From Phallusia mammillata (Eukaryota): a stretch of DNA of 64,000 nucleotides. Below, piece after piece: positions 48,448-59,677 of the stretch (position 1 is the first letter of the stretch; each line of letters opens with the position of its first letter). The stretch is from NCBI GenBank assembly GCA_965637545.1, contig OZ281501.1:6882001-6946000 (forward strand), written 5' to 3'. The translations under genes were made by a program, and so were the position numbers. The notes beneath the pieces are model-generated. The model saw nothing but the letters and a program-made list of their open reading frames with translations. It was not told the origin of the DNA and made no database searches.

Positions 48448-49614
48448 TCAAGGAACTCTGAGCCGAAGATTGTCACTGACAATTTTCCATGTTCCATCAA
48501 CATTTGTGAGGGTAAAGTTTTGTGTAAACGCTTTCAACGGATGTCCATCATATTTCACAGTACCACCAGCTGCCACCATAATAGTTTCTTTACCACTAGT
48601 AAACTGTGAGAGAACTGGCTGGGAATCAAACCAGTCTGTATGGTGAAAACATCCAGGCAGATCCTGTGTACATAAAAACATTAATTATTGGGTAAGTCTG
48701 TGCAAATCAAAAACATAACATTTTTTGGGATTGATGTTTTTAAAACCTGAAGATATTTTTGGATGTTGGCGTTGCCATCTACTCCATTTCCTTCCCAAAC
48801 CAGTTTAGCTGAGTCATGATACATTTTACCAATTTTCTACAAGAAGAAAAATTGGTTATAGACTCGGTAAACAACCGTGATATACCTTTTGTATACTGTT
48901 ATAATGTCAACAACTTGGTACAACCAGCTAACCTACATAGATTGAAGTTTTTTTAATATTTTATCAGTGAAATGTTATGTGAAATCTTTATGAATTTAAT
49001 CTGAAACAAAGGACATTAGTTAATCATGACATTACAAGAATCAAATGTAAACTCAATTTATTACAGGATTCAATTTTTTCGTTGGTCACAATTCCAAGTG
49101 GGTTTACCTTAAGTCATTACATGAGCACTACTAAAGTTGTTTAGCATAATCAATTGCACTTAGTTTGGCAAATTTGTCAGCAGACCTTACACACGCATTC
49201 GATGACAGACTTCTGAGTTGGTAAATTCACATTATTGTCCATAAGAAGTGATTCCAATAATTTAACAACAAAGCCTTGGCCCTAACTTTAGTCACAAAAA
49301 TCAATCACTTTGATATAACTTAGACAAGAGGGGTAAATGGCTTAGAACAACTTGTGTATGGATGTATAACACAATTAATTACATTTACAGAAACAAAAAC
49401 CCAAAAATGATTACAAAGAATGCCTCTTTAATTAACGTTAGTACATTGTGATTGTTGTTAACAACTCAATATAATAGGCAAAGCAAAAACAGCCAAACTA
49501 CAAAGTACAAGTTAAACTTACATGTCGACTTTTGTCATAGGTTTCATAAAATAGATTGCAAAATTTGGTTCCTGCTTCCACAGCTTGTTCAATCTGCAAC
49601 TTTGTTTCGCCCAT
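48448..49614 (-). CDS. NXT1: NTF2-related export protein (p15), 132 aa, 3 exons
   Basis: Exons 49522-49614, 48747-48836, 48448-48663, all phase 0: MGETKLQIEQAVEAGTKFCNLFYETYDKSRH / KIGKMYHDSAKLVWEGNGVDG / DLPG..DSQPV..FTQNFTLT..TWKIVSDNLR. Matches the NXT1/2 pattern (LVWNGNAVSG, WKIASDCFR). Confidence 0.9.
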
Positions 49615-50064
49615 CACGGCTTTCAGAGTTCAGGCTTTAATTTCTTAAGTCTTAATCCAGTTGTTAACAAACAAACTTGCAAAGATTACAATTACAGCTG
49701 AGCCACTTTTAAGTTCAAACTTCGATGCGTTGGCGCGTTTACAAGTTGTTTGGTTCGTCAGTGGTTAAACATCTTTACAACCGCTTACCAGAAAAGTTAT
49801 TCCGCACGTAAAAAAGTGCAGACCTTGCACGTGCCGTATTTTATACTTTTTGCGTTTAATTTGTGAAGCTTTTACGTAATAAGTGCAGTGTCTTAGCCAA
49901 AACAAAAGTTTAGGAGGGGTGCTACATTTATTTGCCAGTAACTGTTGAGTTCTCTTGATGTACGCCTTTCTAGTGTTTAACTGCTAGAACTTGTGTTTCA
50001 AGTTGCAACCCATTGCGTAGTGTGACGTAACAATAACTGCCAGTTTGGTGTGATAACGCAAATT

Positions 50065-50394
50065 ATGCAACATGGCTTAGTTCTGTTCGTTGCTATCGTG
50101 TTGATGATTATTATTGGTGAGTCACTTTGTATAATTAACAACTCCTAAATGTGAATTATAAAAATTTCATTGCGATGACCTAATATGTCATTTCGCTTTG
50201 CAGTAGTTGCCCTGCACGTGTGGTCGAGTTTAGTCAAATCGCATTTGTTTACGTATTGTTCTTGTACGGTGACCTTTAAAATATCAAGGCAATGGACCAG
50301 AAATGACCTTATTCACATTTTAAATGGAGAGGGTGTGGCCCGTTTGACGACCCTGCTACGTAATCGACTGTTTGATTGTGAATGTTTTTACTAG
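50065..50394 (+). CDS. Possible 2-exon small membrane or secreted protein (80 aa), divergent from NXT1
   Basis: Exon 50065-50116 (MQHGLVLFVAIVLMIII, strong donor g|gtgagt), 87-nt intron, acceptor ttgcag at 50203, in-frame exon 50204-50394. No family recognised. Confidence 0.45.
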
Positions 50395-51951
50395 CGACGA
50401 AATTGATAATGTTAGCTACACTTGCTATGTACAATGCTTAAAACATAATGTTTATCTTATTTTTGTCTTACAAGCAAGAAAAAAAAACGTACGAGAAAGA
50501 GTCTGCTAAACGCCTTTCCCTTACAAGTTTTACTGATAAGGTTGTTATCGCAACCGTGAGAAATAAATATAAATCACACATATACATTTTTATGTATTAA
50601 ACGAAGCATTTGTGCAGCGGAACATTCGTTAGCTTCATGCAAGAAGCGTTTGAAGAAAATAAAGCGTTGGCCCGAGAGCATAAAAAATGTGCATGAAAGT
50701 AAACTGAAATGAGTGTTGCAACGTATGATGTGGTTTGCAGAAAAATGTACAGTGTTAATCTTATAATCGTAGCTCTTCCATTACACAAGAAAAAGTACTG
50801 CATGTGTTTGCAAAATATTAAGACCTGTTTTTTGAAGAATGGCATGTCTGTTTTACGGACAACCATTATAAAATATCCTGTTGCAGTTTTTACAAAACAT
50901 TGCTTGGTCTACCAGCCGTACAAGAAGTGTTAAATTCTCAAACGCCAATAACGGCACGGCATATACAATTGACATTGAATGTGGTCGCAGTTACGGTAGA
51001 AGTACGGATAGTTGTTGCTTCTCAAGGGAATGCATACCCTAAAACAGAAGTGTGTTATAAATGACAGCTATCATATCGGTTTGTCATTGTAGCCTACAAC
51101 AACAATTTGTGATAAAAAAATATACGTTAAAGCATATCTCTAAAACTGAGTCCCAGTTAATACTTTTTTGGGTTTGTGTAACCTAATCTAGGCTACCCCC
51201 AATGACCATCATACAATATCACTATTATTACATTTTGTGCACTACGTTACATTTTAAGTATCTAAACAATTCGATTTTTGCATTTCTTGTCTTAGCTATA
51301 GTTTGGAAGGGTACTTTTGTCCTATTCTCTTGAGAATTGAAATCCAGTTTAAATAACTACATTCAAATCTATGTTCTTTTACTGGTAAAAATTGTGGTGC
51401 AAGGGAGAAAACAAATTGGTCTAAAGATAGAGCACTTTACCCAGGCGACTAACTGTCTGACTTGGCAAGACGCAAGTCAGTCACCTTATAACCTGTTGGT
51501 AGCATCCAGGGTTGCGTAACTGGTTGAAATTATCCGAACACTAAATTACGTGTCGCTAACAATCTTGAACTTAGATTAAAACACCTTTTGTACAAATTCG
51601 TTAAGTGTCATGGTCCGTTCATTACAAAAAAATATGACGCATTTTGTCGATCTTTGTGTCCAATGTACGTTTTTGTCATCAGGGTGTGTTGCTACATTGG
51701 GCGTATCACACAATTTGTGGAATGTGAAACGCCTAACACGACTAAAATGTGAAAAGGCATGTTTTTGCATTGAACAAACATTAAATTGTGAATAAAATTA
51801 TAATACAACAATTGTAAAAGTCAAAAAGGGAAATTTCAAAATGGTTATAGTGGCTATACATAATTGTCTACGTGCAAGGTCTAGTTATCATTGAACTAGG
51901 CGCCGTTATCATACTGCTGGGTATTTTCATGCAATCCGTGACAACATAGGT

Positions 51952-52269
51952 TAGTGGTTCTCAACTCGCTTTTGTCCATTGACCACCAGTTCAAGAATGT
52001 CGTGGACCAGTCTATTGGCCAGAAAGGTTAAATATAGCATCCAAAACAGGCATATTGGCTTGAAATATATTTCTTCCGTACAAAATTTCGAGAAGTGATA
52101 TCAAACACTTGACAGCTATAACAATAAATATCCAATAACTTGCATTACCTATTTTCGTACTGAATATTCAATAATGTACATGCAACTATTTTCAGTTGAT
52201 TACCAAATATAATAACATCCTGTGGACCACCCAAAAAAGCCATCATGGACAACCAGTTAAGAACCACTG
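51952..52269. mobile_element. hAT (Buster-like) MITE
   Basis: Ends tagtggttctcaac / gttaagaaccactg, TSD acataggt / acataggc (7 of 8). Confidence 0.8.
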
Positions 52270-52409
52270 ACATAGGCCATTAAATGTAAAAACAAGAACT
52301 TACTTGGTGCAAGCCAAATAAGATTGCTCACACTCGTTGCAACAGCCCCGCCCATGGTCGGATATTGCCCATTCTCGACTGTCTTGTTCAGAGTCAATGG
52401 GAGAAGGAT

Positions 52410-52464
52410 TCTCCTCCTCCTCTTCTTCTCCCCCCTCTTCCTCTTCTTCTTCTTCTTCCTCCTC
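52410..52464 (+). repeat. CTC/CTT trinucleotide-like microsatellite
   Basis: Pure pyrimidine ctc/ctt run. Confidence 0.9.
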
Positions 52465-52575
52465 AAGGTCTGCTTGACGTCTCTGTGGTCAAGTATAAGT
52501 TGACATGTAAACATTGTTTTAAGGCACTATTATAGGGCTGGCTTGACTAGTAAGTAATATGCACTTGCTACTAGG

Positions 52576-52903
52576 CAGGGTTGACATACCGTCCTTATTT
52601 CTAAGAATTGTCCTTGTTTTTGGCCGGAGTTCTTATTTTGTCTTGTTTTAACAATTACAAGGAACAAACTTAGTGAAATAACAGTCAAATCCTTGCTACA
52701 TGGAAAGTAGGCCTGAAACGTCGTAACCTAGGCCTGAAATGCCGTGACATGAACAAAACTTTGTCTACGGACAAGGAGATGCTGGAACAGATATTTTTCT
52801 TGTATAAATGCAAAGATTTGTTTCAAAATGTTTGTTTAGTTTTGTATGAAAATTTAATTTTTCGGTTGTCCTTATTTTGGCGTTTATGTCGATGACAACC
52901 CTG
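52576..52903. mobile_element. hAT-like MITE
   Basis: Ends cagggttgaca / tgacaaccctg, gtccttatt subterminal repeats, TSD ctactagg / cttatagg (6 of 8). Confidence 0.75.
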
Positions 52904-53195
52904 CTTATAGGGCATGAAGAAAAAGCGACCACAACAAAAACTTCTTTGACCGAATTGTCAGCAATGTCTTAGTTTTAAAGTCGATTTTTTTCTGTTGAAA
53001 CTGGGTCTTCTTCTTCTCTGGGATGGTAAATAATGCTATAAATACATCCATATGTTAAGTTTTTGGATAAAGAACCGCTGGTTTAATGGAAAGACTTTTC
53101 ACGTTGTTTACAAAGGCTGCTATAGGTTGGAATCCAAAATAAGCACTACCATACTATACTATAGCGTTGTGTATATAAGTGTCTTACGTTTAGCG

Positions 53196-53583
53196 CAGCG
53201 GTTCCCAACTTTTTGTTGCCGTGACCCCTTCATTACATTCATAACATTTGCCAAGTTGCGGTGACCCCAAGGATAAAATTAGTAGGGTATAGGCTACAAT
53301 AAAGCTATAAATATTAAAGACCCACCCCTGCGGCAGTTACTATAGTTGATATAATAATGAACAAACGATGGAGGGATTGTATGGGCACTTTTCTTTTGTA
53401 TTCTATACACTTTTCTTTGGTAATCTATTGTTAAATTTATTGTAGACCATAATTCTTAATGTTACTGCGTTTTTTCTCAAAAATGAAGTGGTCCATCCAT
53501 GCCCTAAAACGAGTTGGGAGCCGCTACCGTAGGCGACCCCAGGCAAATTGTCAAGCGACCCCAGTTGGGGTTGGGAACCGCTG
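53196..53583. mobile_element. hAT (Buster-like) MITE
   Basis: TIR cagcggttcccaac / gttgggaaccgctg, perfect TSD GTTTAGCG. Confidence 0.92.
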
Positions 53584-54448
53584 GTTTAGCGGCTAGACTT
53601 TGTCCTAGATTTCTCCCCAATTTAGTCGATTCGAACAGCACTGAATTAGCTTCACGAGTGATTTGGTACTGCATGTTTAATTCGATCTTCATATTGCATG
53701 TAGACACGAATATTTTAAACTGTCGGGATGTCTGTTTATATGTCGATAATCCTTTTGGAATTATTTCTACGAATCTATTGAATTGCTGCTGTACTTCGGT
53801 ATTTTATTATTTAACCGGCAAACCTGTATACTTGACGTTGGTTAATCGTTAACCAACTTTTACATTATGTAGTCACAACCCTAGCTCTAAATCGAGAAGG
53901 GTTGTACAGTTTGATTTAACATTGCGAATATTGTACTGTTTATTGACTCTTTACATATATGTCTGGAATACACTTGTTGCGTATCGCATCCACCAAACTG
54001 TCAGGACTGGTTGCTTGGTTAGTAGTGACAGTGACTTGCCGTTTCGGTAAAATATTTAGCGGCTAAACGGCGTTCTGATAACGGAAAGGTGTCATAAGTA
54101 TCGGCCCAATCATAAATCTCTAATCTTCGCATTTTCTAGATAATCTTTGCAGTACTTTGTCTCAGCGATGTTTTGTATTATGTTTCACAGCTATGACGGT
54201 ATTAACAAACAACGTACTGTTCCGGTAAGAAAATTAAAATCGCTCAGATTGGTACGGCCAGTTTGTGACAATGTTTAGCACAGTTTTCATAAGCCGTTTT
54301 TACAAACAAAAATATATTAAGGAACACTACACTGACTTGAAAAGTATTTTGATCGAAAACATAACAGCTTGTGTTTTGAAGTAACACGTCGTATTAGTGA
54401 CGTTTCAACGTCTGTTGAAGACGTGATGCAAAGCCTTTTTCGCTGTCG

Positions 54449-57020
54449 TTACCAGAATAAGGTCACAACAACACTACAATTGCAATGCTGTTCAACATGT
54501 CCGACTCTAAACGATTCGTAAAGTAACATATATTTCCGTACCTTACGATCGGGGTATTCATCTTTGGTTTCATCATAATCCACGTCAATAACCTCTTCAA
54601 TGAAATCGTTTTCGTCTTCATTCATGTCACCATACTCTGGTCCAGGAACAAAATCCATCTTCCACGGGGTGAGCTGGTAGATTGCTAAACCTTCACATTT
54701 CACCCTGATTGGTGCCGGAAGTGACGAAGGACTCACGGGCAGTTTACGGTTCTCTTCCCAAATGACGTCATCCATCACAACTGGCATATTTGCTAGCTGT
54801 GAGAGGAAACTTGTCAAGATTCAATGGAAATGTTTCTAAAACACTTGGCTGGTAGAAGTTCAAACCAATGTTTTCTCACTTAGAAACAAACTTTAGCAAA
54901 ACGTAACTGTATGTTTCACAGTTTTAATAAGGATGCATTAATCCTAATGGACGTAAAAAAGCGAAATATGCAATATGTTTAAACGTTAATATATGGGTTT
55001 CTTTATCTGATGTTTTGTTTGTCCTACCTGGTAAAAATGCACGTGCCATTATCGGTGATATAAAAATGTCGGCTTTTTTGGCAATGTGGGCAAATAAACT
55101 CTCCTCGACAACTTTTGAACACATATTTGAACCAACAAATATTTAGCTCTTCCAGAAGTCTTTATAAAAGACTTAGTCTTTATTCCAGACTGCTGGAAGA
55201 GCTAAAACTTTGTTGATACATTATGCCTGGCAGCAACAGTTTATTCACAAATTTGAACATTTAGTTTTAGAAAAATGATGTAGGCCTATCGAGGTTTCAA
55301 GACTAAAACTTCGCACCATTGCAAAATTTGACTTACGTTGGTTTCATTCATAATTCTGTCCATGATTTCTTGTCGCGGAAAGACTGGAGGGGCGGAATAG
55401 CCGTACATCCTGTCATCACGAATTAAGCAATGTACTCCATCATCTTCACCAACGATAACAGCGGTTACTTCGTTCTGTGGAATAACAACTTTGTCAAAGA
55501 TCAAAAATTTGCATAAAACGATCAATGATTTTAATTCAAAACCGTGCGTTGTATTGAACTTTGAAAGATTTTTTAAATTGTCCGGTAAAACTAAGAAAAC
55601 GGCAAAACTTCAGCAGTTCGTCGGAAAATACTCACAGCAAACCGTCAGGTTTAAAAAAAACAGACGAAGATTTTGCGATTTTACTTATAGTGACAGTTTT
55701 GTGTTTACTCGATTATGGCGGGTGGCGATATATTCGTACCATTCCGTCGCTAATGGAGTCAACAAATAGACTTGGTGAAATGGTTCCACATCGCCTAAGT
55801 ACAGTGTGTGCTGCGCGGTTAAACTCGATGGTTCCAGTTGATCTTTGGCCGTTGACTATCATGTGATATTCGTATTTGTTTTTCTCCTAAAAATATTTTT
55901 GGTAACCATGAAGCAAGATAAAGTTTACAAAAACACAGCAAATACTGACAAGGGAAATTGCTTTGCTACCTGAAACCTGAACAAGCGTCAAAAATGAGAA
56001 TGTGAGGGTTTTTCTTTAGAAAGAAGTTGAATAAGTAAGGCCAGGGTTTTAACACGGATTCGGACAGATTGGGGTTTCAGGTCAAGCAATACGAGTCGAC
56101 CGTTGTCTGACTTTAGAATAAGCCAGTTTTGTGTCCCAATTTCATCTTGATCAGTCTGACTTTCGGGCCTGATTAGGGATTCAGTTAAATAACTTTTCGG
56201 GTTCGGACCGGCAAATCTGTATCGCTTTAAGTCAGTGGTTCCCAAACTTTTTCACATTTTTTTCAAAACGGACCGCCATTATTTCGAGTGCTCGCGGTCC
56301 TTAAGCTTAAATGTGTATTTCATAAAAACAAAAGTTGATTGCAGGATTTTAGCTAGTTATGCAAAATTGCGCAAAAAAATCATCCAAAAACAGCTTGTGA
56401 CATCACAGACAAGACAAAAAGCATTACGATTGTGCGTGAACAATTGCATTTTTGATAGTTGTCATGCAATAAAGGCTATTGTTTGGCAATGGAGACAGTC
56501 GATTCTAAATTTTAATTTAAACTTATTTAGTGGCACAAATGAGAATTATAGAATTACTTCAACCGCTTCGCGGTCCCCCCAAAATTGCCTCACGGACCCC
56601 TAAAGGACCGCGGACCCCAGTTTGGGAACCGCTGCTTTAAGTTAAGGCTAGACTGCATACACATGTAAAGGTTTGCGTTAAAGATACTCCAGTTTTACGA
56701 ATTTCATATTTGCATACAATGGAAGTATTTTAAGGTTTAACTTACCACTGCATGAACGTGCAAGAAGAAGAACGCCAAAAATCCAGTCAGAAATAAAACC
56801 AAAAATGTGCTTAACAGCAGAAGACATGCCCTTCTTTGTTGTACCTTATTTGCAACCTAAAACAGAACCAGTGTTATGCCAATATTTACTTTACGAACCA
56901 ACATACATACCTAGGTTAATAGTGTATGATTTGCCTTACCTTTTTGGGAGGTGATGCGAGTAAAACCTCTGTAGAACCATTTTCCTTCACCCACAAATCA
57001 ACTTTGTTGCTTGCAACCAT
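54449..57020 (-). CDS. BRICHOS-domain type II membrane precursor (~274 aa), 5 exons
   Basis: Exons 56940-57020, 56746-56856, 55740-55886, 55337-55474, 54449-54796, all phase 0. Short cytosolic N-terminus, TM (CLLLLSTFLVLFLTGFLAFFFL), BRICHOS-type motifs VDSISDG...DDGVHCLIR and PAPIRVKCEGLAIYQL, acidic spacer, RKVR, then a 28-aa tail. The C-terminal end may be spliced differently (see findings). Confidence 0.8.
56233..56634. mobile_element. hAT (Buster-like) MITE in a BRICHOS gene intron
   Basis: TIR cagtggttcccaaact / agtttgggaaccgctg, perfect TSD CTTTAAGT. Confidence 0.92.
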
Positions 57021-59677
57021 TTTAAATAGTAATTGTTAACCTAAAATCGAGGTTAAGCAAAATACTAGAAACAAAAATACGCTACTAAAATAATACACAA
57101 TTTAAATAGTTAGATCCTACTAGTGCACTAATGCACACAGCAGACGTCTGCAAAGCGTGCACAACCTTGCTAAGGACAAAAACACCGCGAGTAATCAAGT
57201 TATTTCGCTCTATCGACCGGTGTTTTCGCAGATAGGCTATGTGACATCAAACCAACAGCACTTTCGCTCAAACACGGTCTTTTTGTATGTACAAGCTAAA
57301 TTAAAGTCCTTTCTACTTACAGCCAATTCAAGTAATGTGTTTAATCAAGTCAAGAAAACAAATAGTTTTCTTTCGGCGCAGTGCGTGGTAATTTCCCAGC
57401 AGGGCTGTAAACTCGTACAGTCACGTTTGTTACTGGATGGGGCTGGCGTTGAAAAATGTCAGCTGTAAGACATGATCCAGAAGCTGTCTTTATCAGCATT
57501 GTTAAGATTCATGACCTAACATAGTTTTTAAAGCAAATTTTTGTTATCCTTTTATTCCTATAATACTATAGCAACAAAGGGATCGATTGGTATTATTGAA
57601 TATGCAAAGAGAAAACAGAATTTGCAGTTGTGTTCGTGTAAAAGTGCTATTACTGCGAATTTTACGCTTATTTCTCTCTCCTTTGTTGTCAAATAAACGT
57701 TTCTAGAACTTCTTTGTTCTAAATTACAAAAAATAGAACAACAAAGTCTATATTTTTTCAGCAATACTCTTCACAAACAAACTTCAATCCTGTTAAAACT
57801 GTGTCTAAGCTGTTACCTGTTCCACTGTAAAGCAAACAAAACTAAGAGCTGTCAAGTTAGCAGTTCATTGTGCTAGGTATCGAAGAAAGGAACCTGATAT
57901 ACTTTCTGTCTTGCTCTCAACAATGGCTCTCTCCCTTTGCTTTAAACCACCTCACCGATACACCCTCTTGCTTGCTTCACTTCGCAGCATACAAGCAACG
58001 TCAAGGTTCAATGATCGTAACCATTAAGAAGTCGTTGACGCAGAAACTGTTGAAAGGCCGTGTCTGTTTCGGACGGCGAGGAAATTGTCTTTTTAACGTC
58101 GGTTGTCATTTTTGCAAAAGTTTCGGGCAACACCCTTTGCAACAAACTTTGTTTTTTGAGCTAGTGTCTGTATGTTTTATTGATATAGGCCTACCTTTAA
58201 GAGCTAAAACATCTTTGTTGGTATTTCACGGGTTAGCATCAAGGGCTGAAACACCAGACCAGTAAGTTGCCATGTTTGACTTTAGAAATAAGGACTATCT
58301 ATTTGTCGGTAAACATCACAACAGTATACCATTAGACCCACTAATTTTTACGCTTTAATTCCATACAAACCACATTCTTTGAACGCATTTGCCGTTTATC
58401 TAAAAAAGAAGCTGTTCTATTACATTATGGCCCTATTTCAAGTGTAATAAAATTAAAAGGATTTGAAAGGGTTATTTGTACTACAGTATCGCCTACTCAG
58501 CGACGTGGTTTCGTGTTTTCTAATACTCTCACTCGTACCTACGTTTATATGTGGATCAACTGGGCTGAATAGACGTGAGAATAACATTGCCAGACAACAC
58601 CGTGTATGGCTGTCGTGTAACGCCGTAATAAAATAACAAAAACTACGTAAAATGGTCATAGAAAAAATACTGGCACATTATTGTTCGACGTGTGCGCTAC
58701 GGACCTTTGGGCAACAGCGAAAAAAATAGGTTTTCTTTTAACAAATCATTAATAGCGGAACAGATATGGCACATTTGAGTATAGAAAACAGGTAACACGA
58801 TCGAATAACGTAGGGTGTACACAAACTCGAACCAAAAGGCAAGTGAAAAAATATTTTCTGTACAAGTTTATAAAACATATTATTTATCCGATAAAGCAAT
58901 CACATACTAAAAGCAATTATTTAACTTTACTGCAAGATAACCATGTATATATCTGCTTTTTACTGTAATAAACTATATGCATAACCATGTACAAAAGTAT
59001 GAATACTGTAAGTGTATCTTATAGTGCAAGAATATAATTTTGCTTTTTCATCATAAACAAGTCCGCATGTGAACAAAAATACAAATATATAGGCAAAACA
59101 TGCTGTAGACCATATTTCAAAAGGCTTGTAGGCTACCAAGCACAAGAAAGACACAAGATCATAATAAATGCATTGTCATGCAAAAAGACATGTCCCTGCA
59201 CAAAACGCTTCACAATTTTTAGTGAGTATCAAAAACAAATTGTAAAAATTCCTGCACTAAACTAGTACTTGGAAATAGGTTTCTTCGCCTACATGGCGTA
59301 TCAAAAATAACTCATACTGCGATTTTTCTACTTGAAAGTGCAATTATGCCGATTTTACAAACCGTTGCAAACCAAAAAACCCTTAAAGAGCGAAAATAGT
59401 GAGTATGGTGCAGAATTGGCTTAGCATTTTTTTTACACAAGTGCAATTTAGTAAAAGGCTTTTACGCCTGTACCAAAAACACCTATATTTTTAAAAATGT
59501 TGGTAGAGTACCATGTAAACAATGGGCAGCGCTAAAGAAATGCGTATCTTTGAAAACCTGTGTTTGGCAATAAAGAGTAAACTTGTACAAAGGGAGCTAA
59601 GAAATATTGCATAAAAATAACATAATACTGACGAGGCTTAAAAGGCAGCCGAAAAGAATCGATATTTAGGCCCAACA

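Noticed and set aside
49170-49245. NACVRSADKFAKL-like stretch as NXT1 exon 1
   Set aside because: No in-frame start or usable donor; the exon at 49522-49614 fits much better.
52257-52514. Lys/Arg-rich ORF resembling an NLS-bearing protein
   Set aside because: The basic run is the reverse complement of the CTT/CTC microsatellite, and the ORF runs into a MITE end.
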